From positions 16,629-80,628 of the forward strand of contig CAISRB010000008.1 of the NCBI GenBank assembly GCA_903887775.1: DNA of 64,000 nucleotides, given 5' to 3'. Below are positions 15,468-24,018 of the stretch, in pieces. How positions within the stretch are numbered: the first letter of the stretch is position 1; every line of letters starts with the position of its first letter. This DNA is from an uncultured Bacteroidales bacterium (lineage in GTDB: Bacteria > Bacteroidota > Bacteroidia > Bacteroidales > FEN-979). A program made the position numbers and the translations under genes. The notes below the pieces were generated by a model that saw only the letters and a list, made by a program, of their open reading frames with translations, was not told where the DNA came from and did no database searches.

Positions 15468-16205
15468 ATGAAATTCAAATATTATATCCCCAATTCTGTT
15501 ACCCTGCTCAACCTTGCCAGTGGCGTACTTTCCATTACCTCAATGATGTCGGGCCAGGTAGTGTGGGCCGCTGCTTTTATTTTCTTTGCGGCTTTGTTTG
15601 ATTTCCTCGACGGCATGCTCGCAAGGCTTCTGGATGCGCGTTCGGAACTTGGGAAACAGTTGGATTCACTGGCCGATATGGTCTCTTTCGGAGTGGCCCC
15701 GGGGATTATCGTGTTCAACCTGCTTTCAGCAAATTGCGCCGCCAGTTGCAACGCGCTTGACCGTATGCATATTACGCCTTATTTTGCTTTACTGATCCCG
15801 ATCTGTTCAGCAATAAGGCTGGGTAAGTTCAACATCGACCTGAGGCAGGAGGTGAATTTCATTGGTTTGCCAACTCCGGCAAATGCCTTATTTTTTGCTT
15901 CAATCCCACTTGTGATTTTTCTTCAGCCTCATCTTTATTCGGTGATAAGACTGGATTTCATGGCCGATTTCTTCTCAAATTCAAGGGTAATTGCATTGCT
16001 TACGGTATTCTTTTCCTATCTTTTGATATCTGATTTTAAGATCTTTTCAATCAAATTCAAGACAACTGGCTGGACCGAAAACAAGAAGAGTTATATTTTA
16101 CTGATCTCTTCGATCATACTTCTCCTGTTATTTTCCCTGAATGCGTTACCGGTAATTATCCTCCTTTACCTTATGCTGTCGCTGGGGTTTCAGAGGCAGA
16201 TATAA
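15468..16205 (+). CDS. pssA: CDP-diacylglycerol--serine O-phosphatidyltransferase (CDP-alcohol phosphatidyltransferase family)
   Basis: DFLDGMLARLLDARSELGKQLDSLADMVSFGVAP matches the D-G-x2-A-R-x8-G-x3-D-x3-D motif. The protein is multi-TM. Confidence 0.85.
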   Translation: MKFKYYIPNSVTLLNLASGVLSITSMMSGQVVWAAAFIFFAALFDFLDGMLARLLDARSELGKQLDSLADMVSFGVAPGIIVFNLLSANCAASCNALDRMHITPYFALLIPICSAIRLGKFNIDLRQEVNFIGLPTPANALFFASIPLVIFLQPHLYSVIRLDFMADFFSNSRVIALLTVFFSYLLISDFKIFSIKFKTTGWTENKKSYILLISSIILLLLFSLNALPVIILLYLMLSLGFQRQI

Positions 16206-16208
16206 AAG

Positions 16209-16278
16209 GCGAAAAGCAAGAAGCGAAAAGCGAAATCGTTCGCCAGAAATAATTTCGCTTTTCGCTTCTTGCTTTTCG
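16209..16278. terminator. Perfect 27-bp inverted repeat built from GCGAAAA heptamers; bidirectional terminator candidate between the convergent pssA and lptB genes
   Basis: CGAAAAGCAAGAAGCGAAAAGCGAAAT (16210-16236), a 15-nt loop, then ATTTCGCTTTTCGCTTCTTGCTTTTCG (16252-16278). The exact reverse complement was verified by hand. Confidence 0.75.
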
Positions 16279-16282
16279 AAAC

Positions 16283-17005
16283 TTACCTCAGCTCGAAATT
16301 CTCTCCTAAATAAACTTTACGCACATGCGGATCGTCGGCAAGCTCCCGTGAAGTGCCTGCACGCAGTATGGAGCCTTCAAAGAGTAAATAGGCGCGGTCG
16401 GTAATTGTGAGGGTTTCATGCACATTATGGTCGGTGATAAGAACGCCGATATTTTTTTCCTTCAGACGGTAAACGATGTTCTGAATGTCTTCCACGGCGA
16501 TAGGGTCGATACCTGCAAAAGGTTCGTCAAGCAGGATGAACTTCGGGTCAACGGCCAGGCAGCGGGCAATCTCGCATCTTCGCCTTTCTCCTCCCGAAAG
16601 AGTTATACCCTGGCTTTTGCGTACCTGCTGGAGCCCGAATTCATCGAGCAGTGTTTCAAGCCGCTCTTTCTGCTGATCCTTCGTAAGCATCGTGAATTCA
16701 AGAATTGCCCTGATATTGTCTTCAACACTTAATTTACGGAAAACCGAAGCCTCCTGGGGAAGGTAGCTGATGCCCCTCTGGGCCCTCCTGTACATGGGTT
16801 CGTTTGTGATATTCAGATCATCAAGGAACACATCTCCTGCAAAAGGCTTTATCAGTCCGACAATAATATAAAACGAAGTGGTTTTACCTGCTCCGTTGGG
16901 ACCCAGCAAACCAACGATCTCCCCCTGCTTCAGGTCGACGGAAACCTCATTTACCACGGTTCTTTTGCGGTATTTCTTCACTATTTTCTCAGTACGCAGT
17001 ATCAT
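16283..17005 (-). CDS. lptB: LPS export ABC transporter ATP-binding protein
   Basis: 240 aa with Walker [10 protein letters not shown], signature LSGGERRR and Walker B ILLDEPF. The size and sequence are typical of LptB. Confidence 0.9.
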   Translation of the reverse strand: MILRTEKIVKKYRKRTVVNEVSVDLKQGEIVGLLGPNGAGKTTSFYIIVGLIKPFAGDVFLDDLNITNEPMYRRAQRGISYLPQEASVFRKLSVEDNIRAILEFTMLTKDQQKERLETLLDEFGLQQVRKSQGITLSGGERRRCEIARCLAVDPKFILLDEPFAGIDPIAVEDIQNIVYRLKEKNIGVLITDHNVHETLTITDRAYLLFEGSILRAGTSRELADDPHVRKVYLGENFELR

Positions 17006-17049
17006 AAGGATTAGGTTTGTCTAAGCGTATCCAAAAGTAAAAAAAATCA

Positions 17050-19551
17050 TCAGAAAGTAAAGTTCATTGAAACGAAAAGGCCAAATTTATTGACATTCGG
17101 ATTTTGAATGTCATTCAGGTGGCTCATTCTCCAAACGGCATCGATCCTGAAAATTCTGAAAATATTTTCAATACCGGCGCCTGCTTCCCAGTATGGCTGG
17201 CTGCCGAAGGACCGCATCTGGTCTGGAAAAAGTGAATATTCCTCATTTTTAGACTGAAGAGTGCCATAAACACAACGAAGATGCACTACTTCTCTCCATT
17301 TTAATTTCCTGATAAGCGGTATATGATTGAAGAGGAGTCCGTTAAAATGATGGGTGAAATAGACGCTGATCCACAGGTCGCTTACAAACTCATAATAATT
17401 CATTAAGTTGGAAGCGTCTTCATCAAACAGGAATGTCTGATTTCCGTCGTGGTTCCTCAGGAGGGGGTAGGGCAGGGTTCCCCAGATCTTCCCGGCTTCG
17501 ATCTTGTATTTCGAATAGCCGATGGTTGAAAAGTTAAACCATTGCTGGATGTTAAGCTGCAGGCGCTGGTATTCATAATCGCTTTTAAAAACATTGGGGA
17601 TGCCGTAAGCAAAACTGATGAGAATGATGGGATAACTTGAACTTAAGGTAAACCTGTAGAATTCCGAGTTGACGAATTTTTCACGCCACGAAAGGCGTGT
17701 GTCAAGCCGGATCTCCGAGGTATAGATTGAGTTCATGAAGACAGGCGCTGAAAGTCCGTTTGGAAACACCACAAAAGAGGTCATGCCCAATGGGAATAAC
17801 TCCCTGTGGGTCAGGGTCAGGGTGTTTGAAAGCCCGTTGAACCATTCGTGTTCATAAGCCAGTTTGTATTCCCTGACCATCGTAAGTTTATTATTCGGAC
17901 CGCGATGGAACAGGGATGAAAGGATATTATCCGTTGCAAAAGCATTGGGACTGAGGCCGATCTGTTCCACATCCCATTTGTATGAGGCTGCGAAGTCCCT
18001 CCTGGGATTTTTACTGAACATATACAGTAAATCGCCTCCACCCTTGAATTCACCATCGAGGGTCCCGTATGCAACATAGCCTTCGAGCTGTATCTTTTTA
18101 CTGAAGCTGTTTGCAGTTCTTCCACCAAACCTGAACCTGGCCCCTTCAACACCGTTATAGCTGAACAACTTAAAATAAGGTCCCAGCTCGACTTTGCCCC
18201 AGCATAAGTAGCCTGTTGTTATTCCGTAAATCACATCCACATAAGTCCTGAAAATTGGCATGTTCTTCACGGAATCCACCATATTATAAATTCCCTGTTC
18301 TGTTTTGTTCAGCTTGTCAGGCCGGCTGACATCCCAAAATGCCTCATCTTTTTTATCCGATCCGGGTTCGATCAGCACATTTGTGGGCATCGAGAAAAAT
18401 TTCGCAGACTCAGGAATGTCAAATTGAAAATCGGAATACTGCATTGTTCGGTGAGCAAAAAATCCGATGAGTTTATGTGCGTTTGCAATAACATTGAAAT
18501 CCACTGAAAATTTATCCTTTGTAAGCAGCCAGTAACTCCTGTCAGACCATTCATATTCCTGGGCTATTGCGAGATCGTTGACAAAATTGATATTGGCGTC
18601 GTCTGCAATGCGCATATCTACCCGCCTTATGGCAAAAGTGGTATCGGTGACCCAGATATTGCCGGTAAACGTCAGTTCCTGTTTCCGTTTTGGTTTAAAC
18701 ATCAGGTGGTAGCACCAGTTATTACCTATATAGGATGAATCAACAAGAAAATATTTGTAGGTGTCGAGGCCAAAGTCGGCGATCGGGCTTACAAAATTCT
18801 TGTCAAAAATGAGTACATAATCTTTATAAATGTCCACTTCCTGAGAGAGATTTCCAAGAAATTGGGATACGCTTGCATTTTCGAGGCCTGAAAGGCGGCT
18901 TGCCTTGATGATCTCTTTTTTCGACTTTGGCGATTTCCTGTAGTATACTTCCGACATGGTTTCAGTGATAAAGACAGGGAGAAAAGATTTCCCGTTGATA
19001 GTCGAAGTGTCAACATAGTTCCAGACGAAGTTAAAAGGTTGTAAAATCTTCCGTTTTTTCAGCTTGTCACTGATATTATTCGCATCGACTTCGATCTTCG
19101 TGTAAGCTTTATACTGGTATGTGCTGAACGACTGCAGCATGTTCGATTTCTTATGCTGAATCACTTTTTTCAGTATTTCATCCGCCGGATTTCCTTTATA
19201 ACGAACTACGACTTCCTGAAGGTTATACTGCTGGGGTTCAAGTTCAAAGTCAATCGTCTGGAACTGGTGCAGGCTGATTTTCCGGGTCATGTTAAAATAC
19301 CCCAGCAAGGAAGCCCTGAGACTGTCGGCCTTCACCTTGAATTCGAGTGCATAGTTCCCGTTAAAGTCAGTAAGGGTTCCCAATGTCGTTCCTTTAATAA
19401 CAATATTTACAAAGGGGATGGGTTCTCCTGTTTTAGCGTCTTTAACGTGGCCCATGATCTTCGTCGCCTGTGAGAGCGAATCCATCGAAAAGAATGCATT
19501 AAAAAAGAAACAAAGAAGCACGAATTTTAATGCCCCTGATATATCCGGCAT
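17050..19551 (-). CDS. CarboxypepD_reg-like domain plus DUF5686-like large outer-membrane-associated protein
   Basis: 833 aa with a signal peptide. The N-terminus IMGHVKDAKTGEPIPFVNIVIKGTTLGTLTDFNGNYAL is a carboxypeptidase-regulatory-like domain. The remainder is assigned from memory. Confidence 0.55.
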   Translation of the reverse strand: MPDISGALKFVLLCFFFNAFFSMDSLSQATKIMGHVKDAKTGEPIPFVNIVIKGTTLGTLTDFNGNYALEFKVKADSLRASLLGYFNMTRKISLHQFQTIDFELEPQQYNLQEVVVRYKGNPADEILKKVIQHKKSNMLQSFSTYQYKAYTKIEVDANNISDKLKKRKILQPFNFVWNYVDTSTINGKSFLPVFITETMSEVYYRKSPKSKKEIIKASRLSGLENASVSQFLGNLSQEVDIYKDYVLIFDKNFVSPIADFGLDTYKYFLVDSSYIGNNWCYHLMFKPKRKQELTFTGNIWVTDTTFAIRRVDMRIADDANINFVNDLAIAQEYEWSDRSYWLLTKDKFSVDFNVIANAHKLIGFFAHRTMQYSDFQFDIPESAKFFSMPTNVLIEPGSDKKDEAFWDVSRPDKLNKTEQGIYNMVDSVKNMPIFRTYVDVIYGITTGYLCWGKVELGPYFKLFSYNGVEGARFRFGGRTANSFSKKIQLEGYVAYGTLDGEFKGGGDLLYMFSKNPRRDFAASYKWDVEQIGLSPNAFATDNILSSLFHRGPNNKLTMVREYKLAYEHEWFNGLSNTLTLTHRELFPLGMTSFVVFPNGLSAPVFMNSIYTSEIRLDTRLSWREKFVNSEFYRFTLSSSYPIILISFAYGIPNVFKSDYEYQRLQLNIQQWFNFSTIGYSKYKIEAGKIWGTLPYPLLRNHDGNQTFLFDEDASNLMNYYEFVSDLWISVYFTHHFNGLLFNHIPLIRKLKWREVVHLRCVYGTLQSKNEEYSLFPDQMRSFGSQPYWEAGAGIENIFRIFRIDAVWRMSHLNDIQNPNVNKFGLFVSMNFTF

Positions 19552-19601
19552 CTCATATTTAAGTTAAATGGAGATTAATTCTTCCTTCTATCCTGGTTCT
19601 T

Positions 19602-20567
19602 TCAGATTATCCCTTCTTTAAGAATATCGTGAAGATGGATAACTCCTTTATATATTGACTTTTCAAGAACCAGTAACTGCGTAATATTGTTCTTCCTCAT
19701 CAGCGTCAGGGCGTCAATCACGAGGGTGGAGGGTTCAATTGTTTTTGGACGGGGCGACATGATTTCCCTTGCACTTAGTTTCCGCAGATCAGGATTCTTT
19801 TCGAGCATTCGCCGGAGGTCGCCGTCGGTAATTATACCGACTAATTTGCCGCCTTCCAGGACAGCGGTAGCTCCAAGTCTTTTCGAGGATATTTCGAGGA
19901 TTACTTTCTTGATGTCATCGTTCGCTTTGACAAGGGGTTTCTGGTTGTGAATATACAGATCAGAGACCTTTAAGTACATCTTTTTACCCAGGGCTCCGCC
20001 CGGATGAAATTTCGCAAAATCGCCGGCAGTGAAGCCTCTTGCTTCGAGCAGGCATACTACCAGAGCATCGCCCATCACGAGCTGGGCTGTCGTGCTGGAT
20101 GTGGGGGCAAGATTATTCGGGCAGGCTTCCTTGCTTACCGTAGTGTCTATCACATAATCCGACTGAAGAGCAAGATAGGAACCCGTATTTCCGACCAATG
20201 AGATCAGCAGGCTGCCCTGCTGTTTCAATAAAGGAACTAAAACCCTGATCTCGGCGGTTTCCCCGCTTTTCGAAAGGCAGATGACGATATCGTCCTTCTG
20301 AACTATACCCAGGTCCCCGTGAATGGCATCGGCTGCATGCATAAAGGTCGCCGGAGTTCCGGTGGAATTAAGAGAAGCAACCAGTTTTTGCCCTATGATC
20401 GCACTTTTGCCTATACCGGTTACGACTACTCTGCCTTTCGACCTGATAATATGCTGAACACATTTCAGGAAATCTTTATTTATCGATTTTGACAGGTTCT
20501 TTATTGCTGCCGCTTCATCCTCAATTGTGCGGATAGCAACCTTTTTCAACGCATCAGGTGTTTTCAA
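19602..20567 (-). CDS. kdsD: Arabinose-5-phosphate isomerase (KpsF/GutQ family; SIS plus tandem CBS domains)
   Basis: GRVVVTGIGKSAIIGQKLVASLNSTGTPATFMHAADAIHGDLG is the SIS domain. The C-terminus has a CBS pair. Confidence 0.9.
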   Translation of the reverse strand: MKTPDALKKVAIRTIEDEAAAIKNLSKSINKDFLKCVQHIIRSKGRVVVTGIGKSAIIGQKLVASLNSTGTPATFMHAADAIHGDLGIVQKDDIVICLSKSGETAEIRVLVPLLKQQGSLLISLVGNTGSYLALQSDYVIDTTVSKEACPNNLAPTSSTTAQLVMGDALVVCLLEARGFTAGDFAKFHPGGALGKKMYLKVSDLYIHNQKPLVKANDDIKKVILEISSKRLGATAVLEGGKLVGIITDGDLRRMLEKNPDLRKLSAREIMSPRPKTIEPSTLVIDALTLMRKNNITQLLVLEKSIYKGVIHLHDILKEGII

Positions 20568-20614
20568 TGCACAATTTTTTTATTTTTTTTTGGTTATTTG
20601 GAGATGTTTATCGT

Positions 20615-20622
20615 TATATTTG
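20615..20622 (+). promoter_or_regulatory. Candidate -7 promoter box TATATTTG upstream of recQ
   Basis: Matches TAnnTTTG, 68 nt upstream of the recQ ATG. Confidence 0.3.
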
Positions 20623-20689
20623 TATATACGTGCTAAAAAATTAGTAATCAGGGTTGGTCTGACAAAAGTACGAAATTAATCAATTTGAA

Positions 20690-22891
20690 ATGGCAGTAGG
20701 CAAAGACGAATACAAGCTGCACGAAGTATTGAAGAAGGTTTTTGGTTTTGATGGCTTTAAAGGAAGCCAGGAAGCCATCATACGAAATGTACTGGCTAAA
20801 AAAGATACATTCGTTATCATGCCAACAGGGGGCGGCAAATCATTGTGTTATCAGATGCCTGCTTTGGTGCAGCCTGGTACCGCAATAATTGTTTCGCCCC
20901 TGATCGCCCTGATGAAAAACCAGGTAGATTCGATGAGGAGTTTCGGCGCCGAGGAAGAAGTCGCACATTTTATGAATTCCTCCCTTACGAAGCAGGAGAT
21001 CGCGCAAGTTAAGAAAGATGTTACCAGGGGCAAAACGAAACTTTTATATGTTGCACCTGAAACTATAACAAAAGAAGAGAACATCGACTTCCTGAAGAAA
21101 ATAAAAATATCTTTCTATGCAATTGATGAGGCGCATTGTATATCGGAATGGGGTCATGATTTCAGGCCCGAATACAGGCGTTTAAGGCCTATTATAAGCG
21201 CTATCGGTCAGGATGTCCCTGTAATAGCGCTCACAGCGACTGCAACCCCAAAGGTACAGCAGGACATACAGAAGAACCTGAACATGATGGATGCAACCGT
21301 GTTCAAAGCATCCTTCAACAGACCTAATCTTTTTTATGAAGTCAGGGCCAAAACGAAAAATTCATCGAGGGATATTATCAAATATATAAAGGGTCATTTA
21401 GGTAAATCAGGAATTGTATACTGTCTCAGCCGCAAGAAGGTTGATGAACTGGCCGAAACACTGGTCGTGAACGGGATCAAAGCCCTGCCTTACCACGCAG
21501 GCCTTGATGCTTCCACCCGACGGTCAAACCAGGATAAATTCCTGATGGAGGAGGCGGATGTGATCGTCGCCACGATTGCTTTTGGTATGGGCATCGACAA
21601 ACCCGATGTGAGATATGTCATTCATAACGACATGCCCAAAAGCCTCGAGGGATATTACCAGGAGACAGGCCGTGCCGGCAGGGATGACGGGGAAGGCAAC
21701 TGTATTGCGTTTTATGCTTATGACGATATTCAGAAACTTGAGAAATTCCTGAAAGGTAAATCAGTTGCAGAACAGGAGATCTCGAAACAGTTGCTGCTTG
21801 AAACCGTTGCCTACAGTGAATCATCGGTATGCCGCCGCAAGCAGCTTCTGCATTATTTCGGGGAGATCTTCAAGGAAGAGAACTGCCAGAACTGTGACAA
21901 CTGTCTGCATCCCAGGAAAAAATTTGAAGGAAAGCAATATATCCAGCTCGTACTTGAAACTGTGCTTGCTGTCAAACAGCAGTTCAAGAATAAACATGTC
22001 ATCAACATTATTATCGGCAAGAACCTGGCCACTATCAAGTCATACAAGCATAACAAACTGCCCCAGTTCGGCAAAGGCGCGGCCAAAGAAGAAAAATTCT
22101 GGAATGCGGTGATCAGGCAGGCCCTCATTGAACGCCTGCTTACGAAAGATATTGAAAACTATGGTTTGCTGAAGGTCAGCCCTGAGGGATTGGAATTTCT
22201 GAAGAATCCGTATTCCATGATGCTTATGGATGACAGGGATTATGACAATCCTGAGGAAGAGGATCTGATGGAAGTCATGGGATCGAAGAGCAGTACAACC
22301 GATAAAACCTTGTTTGCTTTACTGAAAGACCTGAGGAAAGAAATAGCCCGCAGGGAAAAACTTCCTCCCTTTGTGATCTTCCAGGATCCTTCTCTCGAGG
22401 ATATGGCGATACAGTATCCCATCAATTCCGAGGAGCTTAAGCAGATCACGGGCGTCGGCAGCGGGAAGGCACATAAGTACGGCAAACCTTTCCTTGACCT
22501 CATCAAGGAATATGTTGAAGAGAACGAGATCATCCGGCCGATGGACATGGTCGTGAAATCAGTGGTGAACAAATCGGGGATCAAGGTGTATATCATCCGC
22601 AGTATTGACCGTAAAATTGCACTTGAAGATATTGCACTTGCAAAGAACCTGAGTTTTGGGGAACTGCTTTCGGAAATTGAAAGTATTGTCGGTTCCGGAA
22701 CAAAGATCGATCTCGATTATTATATTGATGAAGTGGTTGATCCTTATCATCAGGAAGAAATTTTCGAGTACTTTCGCAAAGCGGAATCGGATTCCATTAA
22801 TGATGCTCTTCGTGAACTTGGCGAAGATGAGTTCACCGAAGAAGAGATCCGGCTTATGCGCATCAAATTCATGTCAGAATTAGGAAATTAA
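20690..22891 (+). CDS. recQ: ATP-dependent DNA helicase RecQ
   Basis: 733 aa. FGFDGFKGSQEAII, PTGGGKSLCYQ, DEAHCISEWGHDFRP, the Zn-binding Cys cluster CRRK..C..CDNC and a C-terminal HRDC region. Confidence 0.95.
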   Translation: MAVGKDEYKLHEVLKKVFGFDGFKGSQEAIIRNVLAKKDTFVIMPTGGGKSLCYQMPALVQPGTAIIVSPLIALMKNQVDSMRSFGAEEEVAHFMNSSLTKQEIAQVKKDVTRGKTKLLYVAPETITKEENIDFLKKIKISFYAIDEAHCISEWGHDFRPEYRRLRPIISAIGQDVPVIALTATATPKVQQDIQKNLNMMDATVFKASFNRPNLFYEVRAKTKNSSRDIIKYIKGHLGKSGIVYCLSRKKVDELAETLVVNGIKALPYHAGLDASTRRSNQDKFLMEEADVIVATIAFGMGIDKPDVRYVIHNDMPKSLEGYYQETGRAGRDDGEGNCIAFYAYDDIQKLEKFLKGKSVAEQEISKQLLLETVAYSESSVCRRKQLLHYFGEIFKEENCQNCDNCLHPRKKFEGKQYIQLVLETVLAVKQQFKNKHVINIIIGKNLATIKSYKHNKLPQFGKGAAKEEKFWNAVIRQALIERLLTKDIENYGLLKVSPEGLEFLKNPYSMMLMDDRDYDNPEEEDLMEVMGSKSSTTDKTLFALLKDLRKEIARREKLPPFVIFQDPSLEDMAIQYPINSEELKQITGVGSGKAHKYGKPFLDLIKEYVEENEIIRPMDMVVKSVVNKSGIKVYIIRSIDRKIALEDIALAKNLSFGELLSEIESIVGSGTKIDLDYYIDEVVDPYHQEEIFEYFRKAESDSINDALRELGEDEFTEEEIRLMRIKFMSELGN

Positions 22892-22902
22892 AACTTTAAA
22901 TC

Positions 22903-23610
22903 ATGCAGGAAGAAATTGTTAACAAACCTGAAGAGATTCAGGAAAATTCAGCTATTGAGCTTCCGAAAACCACGGAAGAAAAAGAGGCAAGTCCGAAGCA
23001 TCCGTTCTTTGTTTTCACGGTCAATACAGTGCTCGGGCTTGTACTTCTGGTTGGCCTGGTCATATTGTACATTCTGGTGCTTTCAAAAAAAGAAGCCCCG
23101 GTGCAGCTGCCTGTGGCCTTACAAAACTCAAAAGGAAAAGCCCTGAGTGTTGTCTATCTCAATCTCGATACCCTGAATATGAAATACGAGTTGATCAGGA
23201 ACCTTAGAAAAGACCTTGAAGCAACAGTGAACAGCCTGCAGGGAGAACTGAAAAAAGACGAAGCCAGTCTTCAAAAGGACGGGGCTGATTTTCAGCAGAA
23301 GGTTCAGGCCAATGCAATTTCGGAAGAGAAAGGAAAACAAATTTATGAGATACTGATGCAAAGGCAGCAGGCGCTGGTTGAGAAAAAAGACAGGTATACC
23401 CAGATGATGGCCCAGCAGCAGCTCGCAATGAACCAGAAGCTGACCGACAGCCTCACAAATTTTCTGAAACGCTTCAACAAAACCTATAAGTTTGATTATA
23501 TCATGGGATTTAAGAATGACGGAGAGATCCTGATTGCAAATGATACACTTGATATTACCCGTACTATTCTCGACGCTATCAATAAGGAATATCAGGAAAG
23601 AAAGAAATAA
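22903..23610 (+). CDS. OmpH/Skp-family periplasmic chaperone-like protein with an N-terminal membrane anchor
   Basis: 235 aa. One TM helix is followed by a long Gln/Lys/Glu-rich coiled-coil typical of OmpH. Confidence 0.6.
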   Translation: MQEEIVNKPEEIQENSAIELPKTTEEKEASPKHPFFVFTVNTVLGLVLLVGLVILYILVLSKKEAPVQLPVALQNSKGKALSVVYLNLDTLNMKYELIRNLRKDLEATVNSLQGELKKDEASLQKDGADFQQKVQANAISEEKGKQIYEILMQRQQALVEKKDRYTQMMAQQQLAMNQKLTDSLTNFLKRFNKTYKFDYIMGFKNDGEILIANDTLDITRTILDAINKEYQERKK

Positions 23611-23984
23611 TGAAGCATTTTACTGCTTTCATAATTCCCGGTTTGCTGTTAACACTGCTATCATGCAGTTCACCTGAACCTTCGAAAAAGGGCGACAGGC
23701 TGCCTTCTGATTCCATTATCCCCGAGAAAAAAATGATGTCAATCCTTGTTGATGTTCATTTGCTTGAGGGAGGGCTGATGATGCAAAGGAACAAGGGGGA
23801 GCAGGACAGGAAATGGAGCGAAGAAGCATACAAAAAACTTTTTCTGAAATACCATGTCAGGCAATCCCAGTTTGTCAGGAACCTCACTTATTACCAGAGA
23901 GACCCGGTGAGTTTTACAAGGATCTACGATACGGTACTTCACAGGATAGACAGGCTCAAAACGCAACCCAAAGAAAAAAAGTAA
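23610..23984 (+). CDS. Small lipoprotein (DUF4296-like)
   Basis: 124 aa with lipobox LLSCSS. The family call is from memory of MSILVDVHLLEG-type sequences. Confidence 0.4.
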   Translation: MKHFTAFIIPGLLLTLLSCSSPEPSKKGDRLPSDSIIPEKKMMSILVDVHLLEGGLMMQRNKGEQDRKWSEEAYKKLFLKYHVRQSQFVRNLTYYQRDPVSFTRIYDTVLHRIDRLKTQPKEKK

Positions 23985-24018
23985 TATTTTGATCAGGCTG
24001 AAGAAACATGCCCGGGCA

